The notes under the pieces are model-generated. The model was not told where the DNA came from and did no database searches. It worked only from the letters and a program-made list of their open reading frames with translations. A DNA stretch of 60,044 nt from a virus. Its lineage: Duplodnaviria > Caudoviricetes. Below are positions 36,064 through 45,872 of the stretch, piece by piece. The stretch spans positions 1 through 60,044 of the IMG/VR virus record IMGVR_UViG_3300044675_001003; one strand, written 5' to 3'. Each line of letters begins with the position of its first letter. Within the stretch, counting starts at the first letter, position 1. The translations under genes and the position numbers were made by a program.

Positions 36064-36825
36064 ATGCCCCAAAAATTGTCACGCGCGCAGATCAAGGCCG
36101 GATTAGATCAAGTTCCTATTGAGTCGCTGTTAAGCAGCGGAGAGGGTAAGACACCCAAGATATCCAGTAAGGCCAAAGCTTTCGCTCATGCCGTTGCACT
36201 GGGTAACACTAAGGCTGCAGCATACCGGCAAAGCTATAACCCAAAGCCTGCTAAGTCAACCATTGTCACGGCGCCATATAAGCTTGCAGCGGATGCGCGA
36301 ATACAGCGTGAGATCGAAGCGTATAAGCTGGCAATAGAAGCGGAGAAACATCGGACACCCGCACAATTGAAGGCCCTGCTGGTGCAGCAGCTGGTAGAGC
36401 ACACACTAAACCCAGAGTTCCCACCGGCCCAGCGCATGCGAGCGCTGCAGCTCATCGGTAACCTATTCGAAGTGGGCGCTTTCCTTGAGCGCAAAGAGAG
36501 CACAGTCATTCACAAGAGCGCTGACATCCGGGCGCGCTTGCTCGATCGGCTGCAGGCCCGGGCGCCCAGCGCTGGCCCAGCTGCAGAAGCGCTAGATTTG
36601 CTGGAAGAAATCCGGGGCGGCAGCACTTCGGAGGCTGCCAGCGGCGCACCCACCGCACCCGGGGCCCCGCCTGCAGGCCCCCGCGCGCCGGGCGCCCTAT
36701 CACATACTGTTTCTGACATTCAATCATCAGACTCTAGCGTTTCACTCATTCAATCACCAGAAAAAAAAGAGGGGGTACCCCCTACAAAATCTGATGACCA
36801 AGTGCTGGACTTCGATAAGGAATGA
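36064..36825 (+). CDS. terS: Terminase small subunit
   Basis: ISSKAKAFAHAVALGNTKAAAYRQSY HTH, RMRALQLIG, disordered tail; upstream of TerL. Confidence 0.7.
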   Translation: MPQKLSRAQIKAGLDQVPIESLLSSGEGKTPKISSKAKAFAHAVALGNTKAAAYRQSYNPKPAKSTIVTAPYKLAADARIQREIEAYKLAIEAEKHRTPAQLKALLVQQLVEHTLNPEFPPAQRMRALQLIGNLFEVGAFLERKESTVIHKSADIRARLLDRLQARAPSAGPAAEALDLLEEIRGGSTSEAASGAPTAPGAPPAGPRAPGALSHTVSDIQSSDSSVSLIQSPEKKEGVPPTKSDDQVLDFDKE

Positions 36826-36864
36826 CCCCCCCATGTGTTTCTGTACAAAAAAAGGGTGGGGGGT

Positions 36865-36881
36865 AATTAACAGTGTTAATT
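36865..36881. promoter_or_regulatory. Palindrome AATTAACAGTGTTAATT (copy 4)
   Basis: Perfect 17-bp inverted repeat in the terS-lexA gap. Confidence 0.65.
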
Positions 36882-36955
36882 CGAACCTTGCATGAAACTT
36901 ACAAGTTAATTAGAAAATGATTCAACAAACTTACGATGCGTGTATAGGGGCGTGT

Positions 36956-37180
36956 ATGACTGAGAAGCAAAGGACTGTGTTCCTTGTGATAGATGAGTAT
37001 TGGAGGAACTTTGGATATGGGCCTTCTATAGATGACATCATGTTCCATACAGGGGACAGAGGGCGGGGGAATGTTCATCGGGTTGTGAAGAAGCTCTGTG
37101 ACTTAGGGATATGCAGGAGAGCTAAGAATTCGGCACGTAGTGTGCGCCCGTCTTACTTAAAGTTAAGGAACCTTCCTTGA
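36956..37180 (+). CDS. LexA N-terminal-like winged-helix DNA-binding protein
   Basis: MTEKQRTVF..I..Y....GYGPSIDDI.......GNVHRVVKKL...G.......ARSV; no peptidase domain. Confidence 0.75.
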   Translation: MTEKQRTVFLVIDEYWRNFGYGPSIDDIMFHTGDRGRGNVHRVVKKLCDLGICRRAKNSARSVRPSYLKLRNLP

Positions 37181-38760
37181 ACAAAAAACAACAGCTTGAA
37201 AAGCAGGAAGAGATAGATCTGTTTGTCAGGAGGGTGATGTTTGCTCTTAACCTCCCGAAAGCAGAAGCCGAGACTGCCGCTGAGACTTTCTTTAAGATGC
37301 CTTCTAACGAACAAGCCTCTTACCTTGACGACCTAGATGCATTAGAAGCCAGCCAACAAAGAGAAGAAGCCTTTGATGATTTTAATAAGTTCGCCCACGC
37401 CATGTGGCCGGGGTTCATTGACGGACGCCACCACAAGGTAATGGCTAAGAAGTTCGAAGAGATCGCGACTGGAAAGATTAAGCGTCTGATCATCAATATG
37501 CCACCTCGGCATACGAAGTCTGAGTTTGCTTCTTATATGCTGCCGGCTTGGTTCTTGGGACGGGATCCTAGTAAGAAGATTATCCAGTGCTCCAATACAG
37601 CAGAACTTGCAGTAGGCTTTGGCCGTAAGGTTCGTAACTTAGTAGCCAGTGAGCCGTTTTCTAAGATATTCCCCAATGTTAATTTAAGGTCTGACAGTAA
37701 AGCGGCTGGCCGTTGGTCTACGAATAAGAACGGAGAGTACTTTGCGATTGGTGTAGGCGGTACAGTGACGGGTAAGGGTGCTGACCTACTGATCATTGAC
37801 GATCCCCATTCTGAACAAGAAGCTGCCCTTGCCGCTGGAGATCCTACTGTCTTTGATAAAGTCTACGAGTGGTACACCTCTGGCCCGCGCCAGCGTCTCC
37901 AGCCTGGAGGTGCGATCATTGTCGTGATGACACGCTGGGCCAAGAGAGATCTGACTGGCCGGATCTTGCAGTCTGCGATTGACAAAGACGGGAATGACGA
38001 TTGGGAGGTGATTGACTTCCCTGCGATTCTCCCGAGTGGTAATCCCCTATGGCCAGAGTTCTGGAGCCTAGAAGAGCTCCACGCTCTACAGTCTGAACTG
38101 CCTGCGGCTAAGTGGAACGCCCAGTACCAACAAAGCCCGACCAGTGAACAAGGCGCGATTGTTAAGCGGGAGTGGTGGAAAGAATGGACAGACGAAGACC
38201 CGCCTAAATGTGAGTTTGTGATCCAGTCTTGGGATACGGCGTTTACAAAAAACGAACGCTCTGACTATTCCGCCTGCACGACTTGGGGGGTTTTCTATTT
38301 GAATGAAAACCAGAATGACGCGAATATTATTTTGCTGGATGCGTTTAAAAAACGCATGGAATTCCCAGAGTTAAAAGAAAAAGCCTTTAATCACTACAAA
38401 GAGTGGGAGCCAGATGCGTTTATCGTTGAGGCAAAGGCGTCCGGAGCGCCATTGATTTATGAACTACGGGCGATGGGAATTCCTGTTCAAGAGTTTACGC
38501 CGTCTAGAGGTAATGATAAGATGGTGAGGATCAATTCTGTATCTGATTTGTTTGCCAGCGGTAAGGTTTGGGCGCCACCTACGCGCTGGGCTGATGAGTT
38601 AATGGAAGAAATGGCTGCGTTCCCAAACTCAGACCACGATGACTTAGTTGACTCTTCTACGCAGGCTCTGATAAGGTTCAGAAAAGGCGGGTTTATACGC
38701 TTGCAGACAGACGAAGAGGACGAAGTTCGCTCGTTTAGACGCAAAGTTTCTTACTACTAA
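37177..38760 (+). CDS. terL: Terminase large subunit
   Basis: NMPPRHTKS Walker A, LLIIDDPH Walker B, QSWDTA, HDDLVDS nuclease. Confidence 0.95.
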   Translation: MNKKQQLEKQEEIDLFVRRVMFALNLPKAEAETAAETFFKMPSNEQASYLDDLDALEASQQREEAFDDFNKFAHAMWPGFIDGRHHKVMAKKFEEIATGKIKRLIINMPPRHTKSEFASYMLPAWFLGRDPSKKIIQCSNTAELAVGFGRKVRNLVASEPFSKIFPNVNLRSDSKAAGRWSTNKNGEYFAIGVGGTVTGKGADLLIIDDPHSEQEAALAAGDPTVFDKVYEWYTSGPRQRLQPGGAIIVVMTRWAKRDLTGRILQSAIDKDGNDDWEVIDFPAILPSGNPLWPEFWSLEELHALQSELPAAKWNAQYQQSPTSEQGAIVKREWWKEWTDEDPPKCEFVIQSWDTAFTKNERSDYSACTTWGVFYLNENQNDANIILLDAFKKRMEFPELKEKAFNHYKEWEPDAFIVEAKASGAPLIYELRAMGIPVQEFTPSRGNDKMVRINSVSDLFASGKVWAPPTRWADELMEEMAAFPNSDHDDLVDSSTQALIRFRKGGFIRLQTDEEDEVRSFRRKVSYY

Positions 38761-38768
38761 GGATACAT

Positions 38769-41195
38769 ATGTCCATTGAAAAATCACTTTACGCCGCACC
38801 AGAGGGTATCGAAGCCCTAATGCCTGAGACTGAAGAGGATGGCGGCATTGAAATTGAGATTGTTGACCCTGAAGAGGTGACAATTAGTATGGGTGGGATG
38901 GAAATTACCATTGACGGCTCAGAAGAAGATGACTTTGACGCCAACTTAGTTGATTATTTAGACGAATCTATCGTTACTGGGATAGTGACTGACCTGATTG
39001 GTGACTATGACGATGACGTCAACTCCCGTAAAGACTGGATGCAGACCTATGTAGACGGCCTTGAGCTCTTAGGGATGAAGATTGAAGAGCGAGCAGACCC
39101 TTGGATTGGTGCTTGCGGTGTCTACCACCCCCTACTCTCTGAAGCTTTGGTCAAATTCCAAGCTGAAATCATGATGAGCACGTTTCCCGCCGCTGGGCCG
39201 GTGAAGACCCAGATCATTGGCAAGGAAACCCAAGAGAAAAAAGACGCCGCTGTTCGTGTTCAGGATGATATGAACTATCAACTGACAGATGTGATGACAG
39301 AGTTCAGGCCAGAGCACGAAAGAATGGTCTGGGGTCTGGGATTGTCAGGAAACGCTTTTAAGAAAGTCTACTTTGATCCAAGTTTTGACAGACAAACATC
39401 AATATTCGTCCCGGCTGAAGATCTGGTTGTGCCTTACGGCGCGTCCGACATTCAAACGTCCCCTCGCGTTACGCACGTTATGCGAAAAACGGAAAACGAG
39501 CTGCGTAAATTACAGGTTGCTGGATTCTATGCCGACATTGACCTTGGAGAGCCCAACAACTCGCTGGATGAAGTAGAGAAAAAGATTGCAGAAAAGATGG
39601 GATTCCGAGCTTTGTCGGATGACCGCTACAAAATCCTTGAGATGAACGTGGAGCTCGACCTTGAAGGCTACGAGCACACCGATAAAGACGGCGAACCTAC
39701 AGGAATTGCCCTGCCCTATATTGTTACTGTCGAATACGGAAGCATGAAGTGTCTGGCTATCCGCAGAAACTGGAAGCAAGGCGACAAACTCCACACTAAG
39801 CGCCAGCATTACGTCCATTATGGTTACGTCCCAGGCTTTGGCTTCTACTGCTTTGGCCTGATTCACCTTGTTGGCGCATTTGCCAAGTCTGGTACGTCAA
39901 TTTTGCGCCAGCTGGTGGATGCTGGTACTCTGGCCAACTTACCCGGCGGATTTAAGACCCGTGGCCTGCGGGTCAAGGGTGACGATACCCCAATCGGCCC
40001 AGCTGAGTGGCGCGATGTAGACGTTCCAAGCGGATCTATTGCAGAGAACATCATGCCTCTGCCATACAAAGAGCCATCACAGGTTCTAGCTTCTTTACTC
40101 GATAAGATTGTTGAAGAAGGCCGTAAGTTTGCCTCTGCAGCTGACATCCAAGTTGCCGATATGTCTGCTAACTCTCCCGTTGGCACCACGTTGGCCATCC
40201 TTGAGCGCCAGCTTAAGGTAATGACCGCTGTTCAGGCGCGCATTCACTATTCCTTTAAGCAGGAACTTGCCCTATTAAGAGACATCATCCGTGACTACAC
40301 ACCGCCTGAGTACTCTTACCAGCCAGAAGAAGGATCCCGCAAAGCCAAACAGTCTGATTACGATTTGGTCGATGTGATCCCTGTGTCTGACCCTAATGCG
40401 GCCACGATGGCGCAGAAGATTGTTCAATATCAGGCGGTGATCCAGCTGTCCCAGCAAGCCCCACAGATCTATGATTTACCACAGTTACATAGACAGATGC
40501 TTGACGTCCTCGGAATTAAGAACGCCCAGAAGCTGGTGCCTCTACCAGACGATGAGACACCAAAAGACCCAGTCAGCGAGAACATGGCTGCACTAAAAGG
40601 TATGCCATTAAAAGCTTTTATTTACCAAGACCAACAAGCTCACATTGCGACCCACCAGACGTTCATGCAAGACCCATTGATCATGAAGACCATAGGCCAG
40701 AACCCTATGGCCAACCAGATCATGGCCGCTATGCAGGCTCACATTGCAGAACACTTAGGCTTCCACTATCGTCAGTTAATAGAGAAGCAAATGGGTGTGC
40801 CGATGCCCGGCCCGAACGAGAAGTTGCCAGAGGATGTGGAAGTCCAGCTGTCACAGCTCATTGCACAGGCAAGCGCCCAGTTACTGCAGGCCAATACCGC
40901 ACAAGCCCAGCAGGCTCAAGCGGCGGCATTGCAACAAGATCCATTGATTCAGATGCAACAGCAGGAGCTGGCGCTTAAGGGTCAAGAGGTACAGCGTAAG
41001 GCTCAGAAAGATGCTACTGATGCCCAGCTAAAACAATCGCAGCAGCAGATCGAACGTGATCGTATCTCTACCCAAAAGGAAATTGATATGGCGCGGATCC
41101 AAGCTACGGTACAAAAAGATCAGATGGAACTAGCCCAAGACGCTCAGACAGAGAAGAACAAACTTATGGCTGACATGATGAGGAATAAACAATGA
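38769..41195 (+). CDS. Portal protein (P22-like with C-terminal barrel)
   Basis: 808 aa after terL; FKKVYFD, Q-rich coiled C-terminus. Confidence 0.85.
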   Translation: MSIEKSLYAAPEGIEALMPETEEDGGIEIEIVDPEEVTISMGGMEITIDGSEEDDFDANLVDYLDESIVTGIVTDLIGDYDDDVNSRKDWMQTYVDGLELLGMKIEERADPWIGACGVYHPLLSEALVKFQAEIMMSTFPAAGPVKTQIIGKETQEKKDAAVRVQDDMNYQLTDVMTEFRPEHERMVWGLGLSGNAFKKVYFDPSFDRQTSIFVPAEDLVVPYGASDIQTSPRVTHVMRKTENELRKLQVAGFYADIDLGEPNNSLDEVEKKIAEKMGFRALSDDRYKILEMNVELDLEGYEHTDKDGEPTGIALPYIVTVEYGSMKCLAIRRNWKQGDKLHTKRQHYVHYGYVPGFGFYCFGLIHLVGAFAKSGTSILRQLVDAGTLANLPGGFKTRGLRVKGDDTPIGPAEWRDVDVPSGSIAENIMPLPYKEPSQVLASLLDKIVEEGRKFASAADIQVADMSANSPVGTTLAILERQLKVMTAVQARIHYSFKQELALLRDIIRDYTPPEYSYQPEEGSRKAKQSDYDLVDVIPVSDPNAATMAQKIVQYQAVIQLSQQAPQIYDLPQLHRQMLDVLGIKNAQKLVPLPDDETPKDPVSENMAALKGMPLKAFIYQDQQAHIATHQTFMQDPLIMKTIGQNPMANQIMAAMQAHIAEHLGFHYRQLIEKQMGVPMPGPNEKLPEDVEVQLSQLIAQASAQLLQANTAQAQQAQAAALQQDPLIQMQQQELALKGQEVQRKAQKDATDAQLKQSQQQIERDRISTQKEIDMARIQATVQKDQMELAQDAQTEKNKLMADMMRNKQ

Positions 41196-41392
41196 TCGAC
41201 AAATACCTAAAACTTCTAGCTTCAAAGATAGATGACAAAGTATCCCAACTCCAAATGTCAATAGCCGATGGCAAGGCTGAAGATTTTGCGGAGTACAAGA
41301 AGATGTGCGGAGAGGTGAAAGGTCTACTCACTGCACGTTTATACATCATAGACCTACAAGAAAGAGTCAATCACGATGACGATGACGAGTGA
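41192..41392 (+). CDS. Small conserved head-module protein
   Basis: G.AEDFAEYKKMCGEVKGL. Confidence 0.65.
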   Translation: MIDKYLKLLASKIDDKVSQLQMSIADGKAEDFAEYKKMCGEVKGLLTARLYIIDLQERVNHDDDDE

Positions 41393-41798
41393 GATTTCTA
41401 ATCTCGACATAACCAAGGCCGTGGATTTATCCAAGATCTTGAACACAAAACCAGAGGAGAAGGCTAAACAACTTCCCCGCCCATCTGGTTACAGAATTCT
41501 TTGTGCTATCCCAGAGATAGAGAAAGAATACGGAGAGTCCGGACTCGTAAAAGCGGAAGAAACTCTCATGATTGAGGAAACCCTGACTACTGTGTTATTC
41601 GTAGTAGACATGGGCCCAGACTGCTACAAAGACGCAAGCCGATTCCCATCTGGCCCGTACTGCAAGAAGGGTGACTTTATCTTGATTAGACCTAACTCAG
41701 GAACCCGACTGGTCATTCACGGCAAGGAATTCCGTGTGATCAATGACGATTCTGTTGAGGGCGTAGTAGACGATCCACGTGGCATCCGCCGCAAATAA
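41376..41798 (+). CDS. GroES/Cpn10-like co-chaperonin
   Basis: PSGYRILC...SGLV...VVDMGPDCY...KKGDFIL...GT...GKEFRVINDDSVEGVV. Confidence 0.85.
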   Translation: MTMTSEISNLDITKAVDLSKILNTKPEEKAKQLPRPSGYRILCAIPEIEKEYGESGLVKAEETLMIEETLTTVLFVVDMGPDCYKDASRFPSGPYCKKGDFILIRPNSGTRLVIHGKEFRVINDDSVEGVVDDPRGIRRK

Positions 41799-41806
41799 GG
41801 AGCGAC

Positions 41807-42748
41807 ATGAGTACATTTAAATTTCCCGATGAACAGGATGACGTAAAAGTCACCACAGAAGACGATCAAACTGATGAACAGATCATCATTGACGTAGAAG
41901 ACAACACTCCAGAGGAGGATCGCAATAAGCCTCCCATGGAAGAGAAGGTCAAAGAAGAGCTGTACAACGATGAGCTCGAAGACTATTCCAGTAAGGTTAA
42001 GAAGAAGCTAATCCAGATGAAACGTCTGGCTCACGAAGAACGCCGCGAGAAAGAGAACGCCGTGCGTGAGCAACAAGAGGCTATTAACTTTGCTCAAAAG
42101 GTAATGCAAGAGAACCAGCGCCTTAAGTCCAATCTTAATAACAGTGAGAAGAACGTGCTTATGAGCGTTCAAAAAGCTGTTGCCATGGAGATGGAAGCGG
42201 CCAAGCGCGCTTATCGTGAAGCCTATGATTCTGGCGACACTGATAAGGTGATGGAAGCCCAAGAGCGTCTGACTCAAGCAACCTTGAAAACCGAAAAAGT
42301 AAAGAATTTTCGTCCACCTGCTTTACAAGAGGAAGAAACTCCTGTACAAATGCAGTCACAGCCGGCACCACAGTTCCGTCCTGATCCCAGCGCGCAAGCA
42401 TGGCAACAGGAAAATCCGTGGTTCGGAGAAGATGAAGAGATGACCAGTTTAGCTCTAGGCCTCCACGAAAGGCTCAAGCGCGAAGGTGTTCAGGTTTCAT
42501 CACAAGAGTATTATCGAAAGATAGACGCTACTATCCGCAAGCGTTTCCCCGAGAGATTCGAGGAAGAAGCGGAACAAAATGAGCGCCCAGTCGCTCGCAG
42601 AAGTTCGGTGGTAGCACCGGCTACAAGGTCAACTGCTCCTAAGAGGGTTCGTTTGAATCCGTCTGAAATGAGTCTGGCCAAGAAACTAAATTTAACGCCC
42701 GAGCAATATGCCAAGGCGAAACTCGAAATGGAGGCCAATAATGGCTGA
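41807..42748 (+). CDS. Scaffolding protein
   Basis: Acidic coiled coil, WQQENPWF, C-terminal AKKLNLTPEQYAK. Confidence 0.7.
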   Translation: MSTFKFPDEQDDVKVTTEDDQTDEQIIIDVEDNTPEEDRNKPPMEEKVKEELYNDELEDYSSKVKKKLIQMKRLAHEERREKENAVREQQEAINFAQKVMQENQRLKSNLNNSEKNVLMSVQKAVAMEMEAAKRAYREAYDSGDTDKVMEAQERLTQATLKTEKVKNFRPPALQEEETPVQMQSQPAPQFRPDPSAQAWQQENPWFGEDEEMTSLALGLHERLKREGVQVSSQEYYRKIDATIRKRFPERFEEEAEQNERPVARRSSVVAPATRSTAPKRVRLNPSEMSLAKKLNLTPEQYAKAKLEMEANNG

Positions 42749-43190
42749 AAACAGAAAACCGCGTGAACTTGAAGATAGATTGATGGCTGAACGTCCTAAA
42801 CAGTGGCAGCAGGCCGAACTTCTACCTGAACCAGACAAGCACCCGGACTACGCTTATCGTTGGATTCGTGTTGCTAATTTGAATGCAGCTGACCCTCGTA
42901 ACCTTTCAAGCAAATTGCGTGAAGGCTGGGAGCCAGTTACTTTAGAAGAGCAGCCAAAATTTAGACTGTTAGCCGATCCAGCAAGTCGATACAAAGACAA
43001 TGTTGAAATTGGCGGGTTGTTACTCTGTAAGACCCCGAAAGAGTTTATTGATCAGCGCAATGCACACTTTGCAAAGATTACACAATCTCAGACGGATGCT
43101 GTAGATAATAGCCTTATGCGTCAGAGCGATCCGAGAATGCCTCTCTTTAGGGAGAATAAATCCTCGTCTAGCTTTGGTAAAGGTACTTAA
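42741..43190 (+). CDS. Conserved head-module protein
   Basis: YRWIR...REGWEPV...IGGLLLCKTP; GGAGG RBS. Confidence 0.7.
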   Translation: MAENRKPRELEDRLMAERPKQWQQAELLPEPDKHPDYAYRWIRVANLNAADPRNLSSKLREGWEPVTLEEQPKFRLLADPASRYKDNVEIGGLLLCKTPKEFIDQRNAHFAKITQSQTDAVDNSLMRQSDPRMPLFRENKSSSSFGKGT

Positions 43191-43209
43191 ATTTAAATAG
43201 GAGTCTTTT

Positions 43210-44043
43210 ATGGCTTTCCCCGTTGTTTCGGCCCCTTATGGCCTAAAGCCGGTCAATCTGATCGGTGGTCAGGTATTTGCTGGTTCTACCCGCAACTATC
43301 CGATCCAGTATGGTTACGCTACGAACATTTTTTACGGTGATATCGTAAACATTATTCGTGGTTCTATTGTAGATAACGCAGATACTACTGACTCTACCGG
43401 CACCGGTATTGTTGGTGTGTTCTTGGGTTGTTCTTACACTAACCCCACAACTAAGCAAAAGCAATTTGCACAATACTGGCCCGCCGGTACTGCTGCAGGT
43501 GATTGCCAAGCTATCGTCTGCGATGATCCTGATACAGTGTTCAAAGTGGTGATGTGCTCTGCAACTACAGTTATTGCCTCTGCTGCTAACGCCATGTTAG
43601 GTCAAAACTTTGGTTTGATTCAGAATGCAGGTAACGTTAACACAGGTAATTCTGCTGTTGCCGCCCTGTACGCTTCATCTACCACAAGTGCAGACTTGGC
43701 TTTGCGTGTAGTTGGTTTGGTTGGAGAGACTTCCGTTACAACTAGCGTGACTGGCTCATCTTCTTCTACTACTATTACTTGCTCGGCTTTGCCTAACGCA
43801 TTGGTAGTTGGTACAGATGTGGCTTACATAGCCGCTAATGGTCAATTGGTTCAAACTGGTTCGTACGTATCTGCGGCTGCGGCTGCTGGTGCAACGTCAG
43901 TGACCATCAACTCGACTATTGCAGTCCCCGGCAGTGTGACCGCTATTCCTAGCGCTTCCACTATTGTTTTTACTCAGTTTCCAGAAATGCTTGTCAAATT
44001 AAACTTTGGCACACATTCCTACTACACTGCCACTGCGGTCTAA
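43210..44043 (+). CDS. Capsid decoration/cement protein
   Basis: APYGLKPV...IFYGD.V...GVFLGCSYT...DDPD..F; directly upstream of the major capsid gene. Confidence 0.65.
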   Translation: MAFPVVSAPYGLKPVNLIGGQVFAGSTRNYPIQYGYATNIFYGDIVNIIRGSIVDNADTTDSTGTGIVGVFLGCSYTNPTTKQKQFAQYWPAGTAAGDCQAIVCDDPDTVFKVVMCSATTVIASAANAMLGQNFGLIQNAGNVNTGNSAVAALYASSTTSADLALRVVGLVGETSVTTSVTGSSSSTTITCSALPNALVVGTDVAYIAANGQLVQTGSYVSAAAAAGATSVTINSTIAVPGSVTAIPSASTIVFTQFPEMLVKLNFGTHSYYTATAV

Positions 44044-44054
44044 GGAGCTAAATC

Positions 44055-44963
44055 ATGGCAATTTCACGCGCACAACTACTTAAAGAGTTGCTCCCCGGTC
44101 TGAACGCTTTGTTCGGTCTGCAGTACGCTACTTACGATCAAGAGCACAAAGAGATCTACGAAACTGAGACATCAGAGCGTAGCTTCGAAGAAGAGACTAA
44201 ACTCTCTGGCTTCTCTGCCGCACCAGTCAAAAATGAAGGCTCTGCCATCAGCTATGACAATGCACAAGAAGCATGGACTGCTCGATACAACCACGAAACC
44301 ATCGCTTTGGGCTTCAGCTTGACTGAAGAGGCTATCGAAGATAACTTGTATGACTCACTGTCTGCTCGTTACACGAAAGCTTTGGCCCGTGCTATGGCTT
44401 ACACCAAGCAAGTTAAAGCTGCTGCTGTTTTGAATAACGGCTTCAGTAATGCTTACGCTGGTGGTGACGGTGTTGCTTTGTTTAGCGCATCACACCCCTT
44501 GGTGTCTGGCGGTACTAACAGCAACATTCCTACTACCCCAGCCGATTTGAACGAGACTTCTTTGGAAGCCGCCGTTATTCAAATCAGCTTGTGGACAGAT
44601 GAGCGTGGCTTGTTGATCGCAGCTAAACCCAAGAAATTGGTTGTTCCTTCTTCATTGCAATTCGTTGCTACCCGCTTGCTCGAAACGGAACTCCGTGTCG
44701 GTACAGCTGATAACGACATCAACGCAATTAAGAACAACGGTTCAATTGCTGAAGGTTACTGTGTAAACCACTTCTTGACCGATACTAACGCTTGGTTCTT
44801 GACCACAGACGTTCCTAACGGCATGAAGCACTTTGTTCGTTCACCCTTGGCTAACTCCATGGACGGCGACTTCGATACAGGTAACGTTCGTTACAAGTCT
44901 CGCGAGCGTTATTCTTTTGGCTGGTCAGATCCATTGGGTATGTTCGGCTCTGCTGGTGCTTAA
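44055..44963 (+). CDS. Major capsid protein (Mu gpT-like, HK97 fold)
   Basis: MAISRAQLLKELLPGLNALFG...DGVALFSASHP...DFDTGNVRYKSRERYSFGWSD. Confidence 0.9.
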   Translation: MAISRAQLLKELLPGLNALFGLQYATYDQEHKEIYETETSERSFEEETKLSGFSAAPVKNEGSAISYDNAQEAWTARYNHETIALGFSLTEEAIEDNLYDSLSARYTKALARAMAYTKQVKAAAVLNNGFSNAYAGGDGVALFSASHPLVSGGTNSNIPTTPADLNETSLEAAVIQISLWTDERGLLIAAKPKKLVVPSSLQFVATRLLETELRVGTADNDINAIKNNGSIAEGYCVNHFLTDTNAWFLTTDVPNGMKHFVRSPLANSMDGDFDTGNVRYKSRERYSFGWSDPLGMFGSAGA

Positions 44964-44975
44964 TCAGCGGTAAAG

Positions 44976-45002
44976 AAAAAGGGGGCTTCGGCTCCCTTTT
45001 TT
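44976..45002 (+). terminator. Rho-independent terminator after the major capsid gene
   Basis: AAAAA-GGGGGC-TTCG-GCTCCC-TTTTTT. Confidence 0.85.
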
Positions 45003-45003
45003 G

Positions 45004-45032
45004 TTGCATTGTTTTTATTGAAGTGGTATAAA
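45004..45032 (+). promoter_or_regulatory. sigma70 promoter with extended -10
   Basis: TTGCAT-17 nt-TATAAA with TGn. Confidence 0.6.
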
Positions 45033-45040
45033 CATATTAA

Positions 45041-45115
45041 TCCGGGCTTATCCGGTGCATTAGACAGTCCCGGCTGACGACATACAGACTAATGCACTTA
45101 ACTTGTATGTAAGGA
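45041..45115 (+). ncRNA. Pseudoknotted structured RNA downstream of gpT-like capsid gene (likely Mu-gpT-DE motif)
   Basis: Interleaved pairings CCGGG/CCCGG, GTGCATTAG/CTAATGCAC and ACATACA/TGTATGT next to the AAGGA RBS. Confidence 0.65.
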
Positions 45116-45121
45116 ACCATC

Positions 45122-45700
45122 ATGGCAAATACCACGTTCTCCGGCCCAGTCATATCTAACAATGGCTTTATTGGCGGAACAGCTTCTTCTCCCATCGTTG
45201 AAACCACCGCAGGCAATGTGTCTGAATCGTACGTTACGACTTCAGCCGCTACGGGTGATACACGTTTGTCGTACAACCTGTTGACTTTTACCTCTACAGG
45301 TTCTGGCGAAACTATCCGTGCTTTGACTCGCGTCACTGGCGCTGGTGGTGCTACAGGCGGCACGATCAACGGCGCTCACATCAGCTTGAGCATCAACGGC
45401 TCTGGCACCATCTCTGGCGCAGGTAACGCTCTTCGCGCTACTTTGGGCGGCACATCTACAAACCCCGGCGGTACGATTGCAGCTATTCAAGCTGACTCTA
45501 ACTTTGCTTCTGGTGGCTCTTGGACTGGCGCTTCGTTTATTCGCTTTACAAACAGCGGCACTGGCACAGTAGCTAACTTGTTTAACGTTCCATCTGGCAT
45601 GATTACAGCCAATACCCAAGGCGCAGCTACAAACTCATTGAAGATTGTGGACAGCGCAGGTACTGCGTACTACATCATGTTGACTACAACAAACAGTTAA
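45122..45700 (+). CDS. Virion structural protein (head fibre/spike-like)
   Basis: MANTTFSGPVIS.NGF start; G/T/S-rich beta repeats. Confidence 0.6.
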   Translation: MANTTFSGPVISNNGFIGGTASSPIVETTAGNVSESYVTTSAATGDTRLSYNLLTFTSTGSGETIRALTRVTGAGGATGGTINGAHISLSINGSGTISGAGNALRATLGGTSTNPGGTIAAIQADSNFASGGSWTGASFIRFTNSGTGTVANLFNVPSGMITANTQGAATNSLKIVDSAGTAYYIMLTTTNS

Positions 45701-45701
45701 T

Positions 45702-45872
45702 ATGCAGATCACCAAGGAATTCTTGGAGTCTGAGATTAGTGAACTTGAGACTGAAGCACAGAAGGCCCAAACCTTTTTGACTCAGGCTCAAGCCACAATC
45801 CAAGCGTACAAGATGCTCATAAACAGGCTAGAAGCACCAGAACCGGAGCAGCAAAATGACGATGCAATATGA
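45702..45872 (+). CDS. Small coiled-coil protein (fibre chaperone-like, 56 aa)
   Basis: MQITKEFLESEISELE...; open frame between structural genes. Confidence 0.55.
   Translation: MQITKEFLESEISELETEAQKAQTFLTQAQATIQAYKMLINRLEAPEPEQQNDDAI

Noticed and set aside
36956-37180. Lysogeny repressor implying an integrating prophage
   Set aside because: Only the LexA DNA-binding domain is present; no integrase, att site or host flanks were seen.
45074-45090. Hammerhead ribozyme (CTGACGA)
   Set aside because: No correctly placed GAAA and stem II/III; the pairings form a different pseudoknot.
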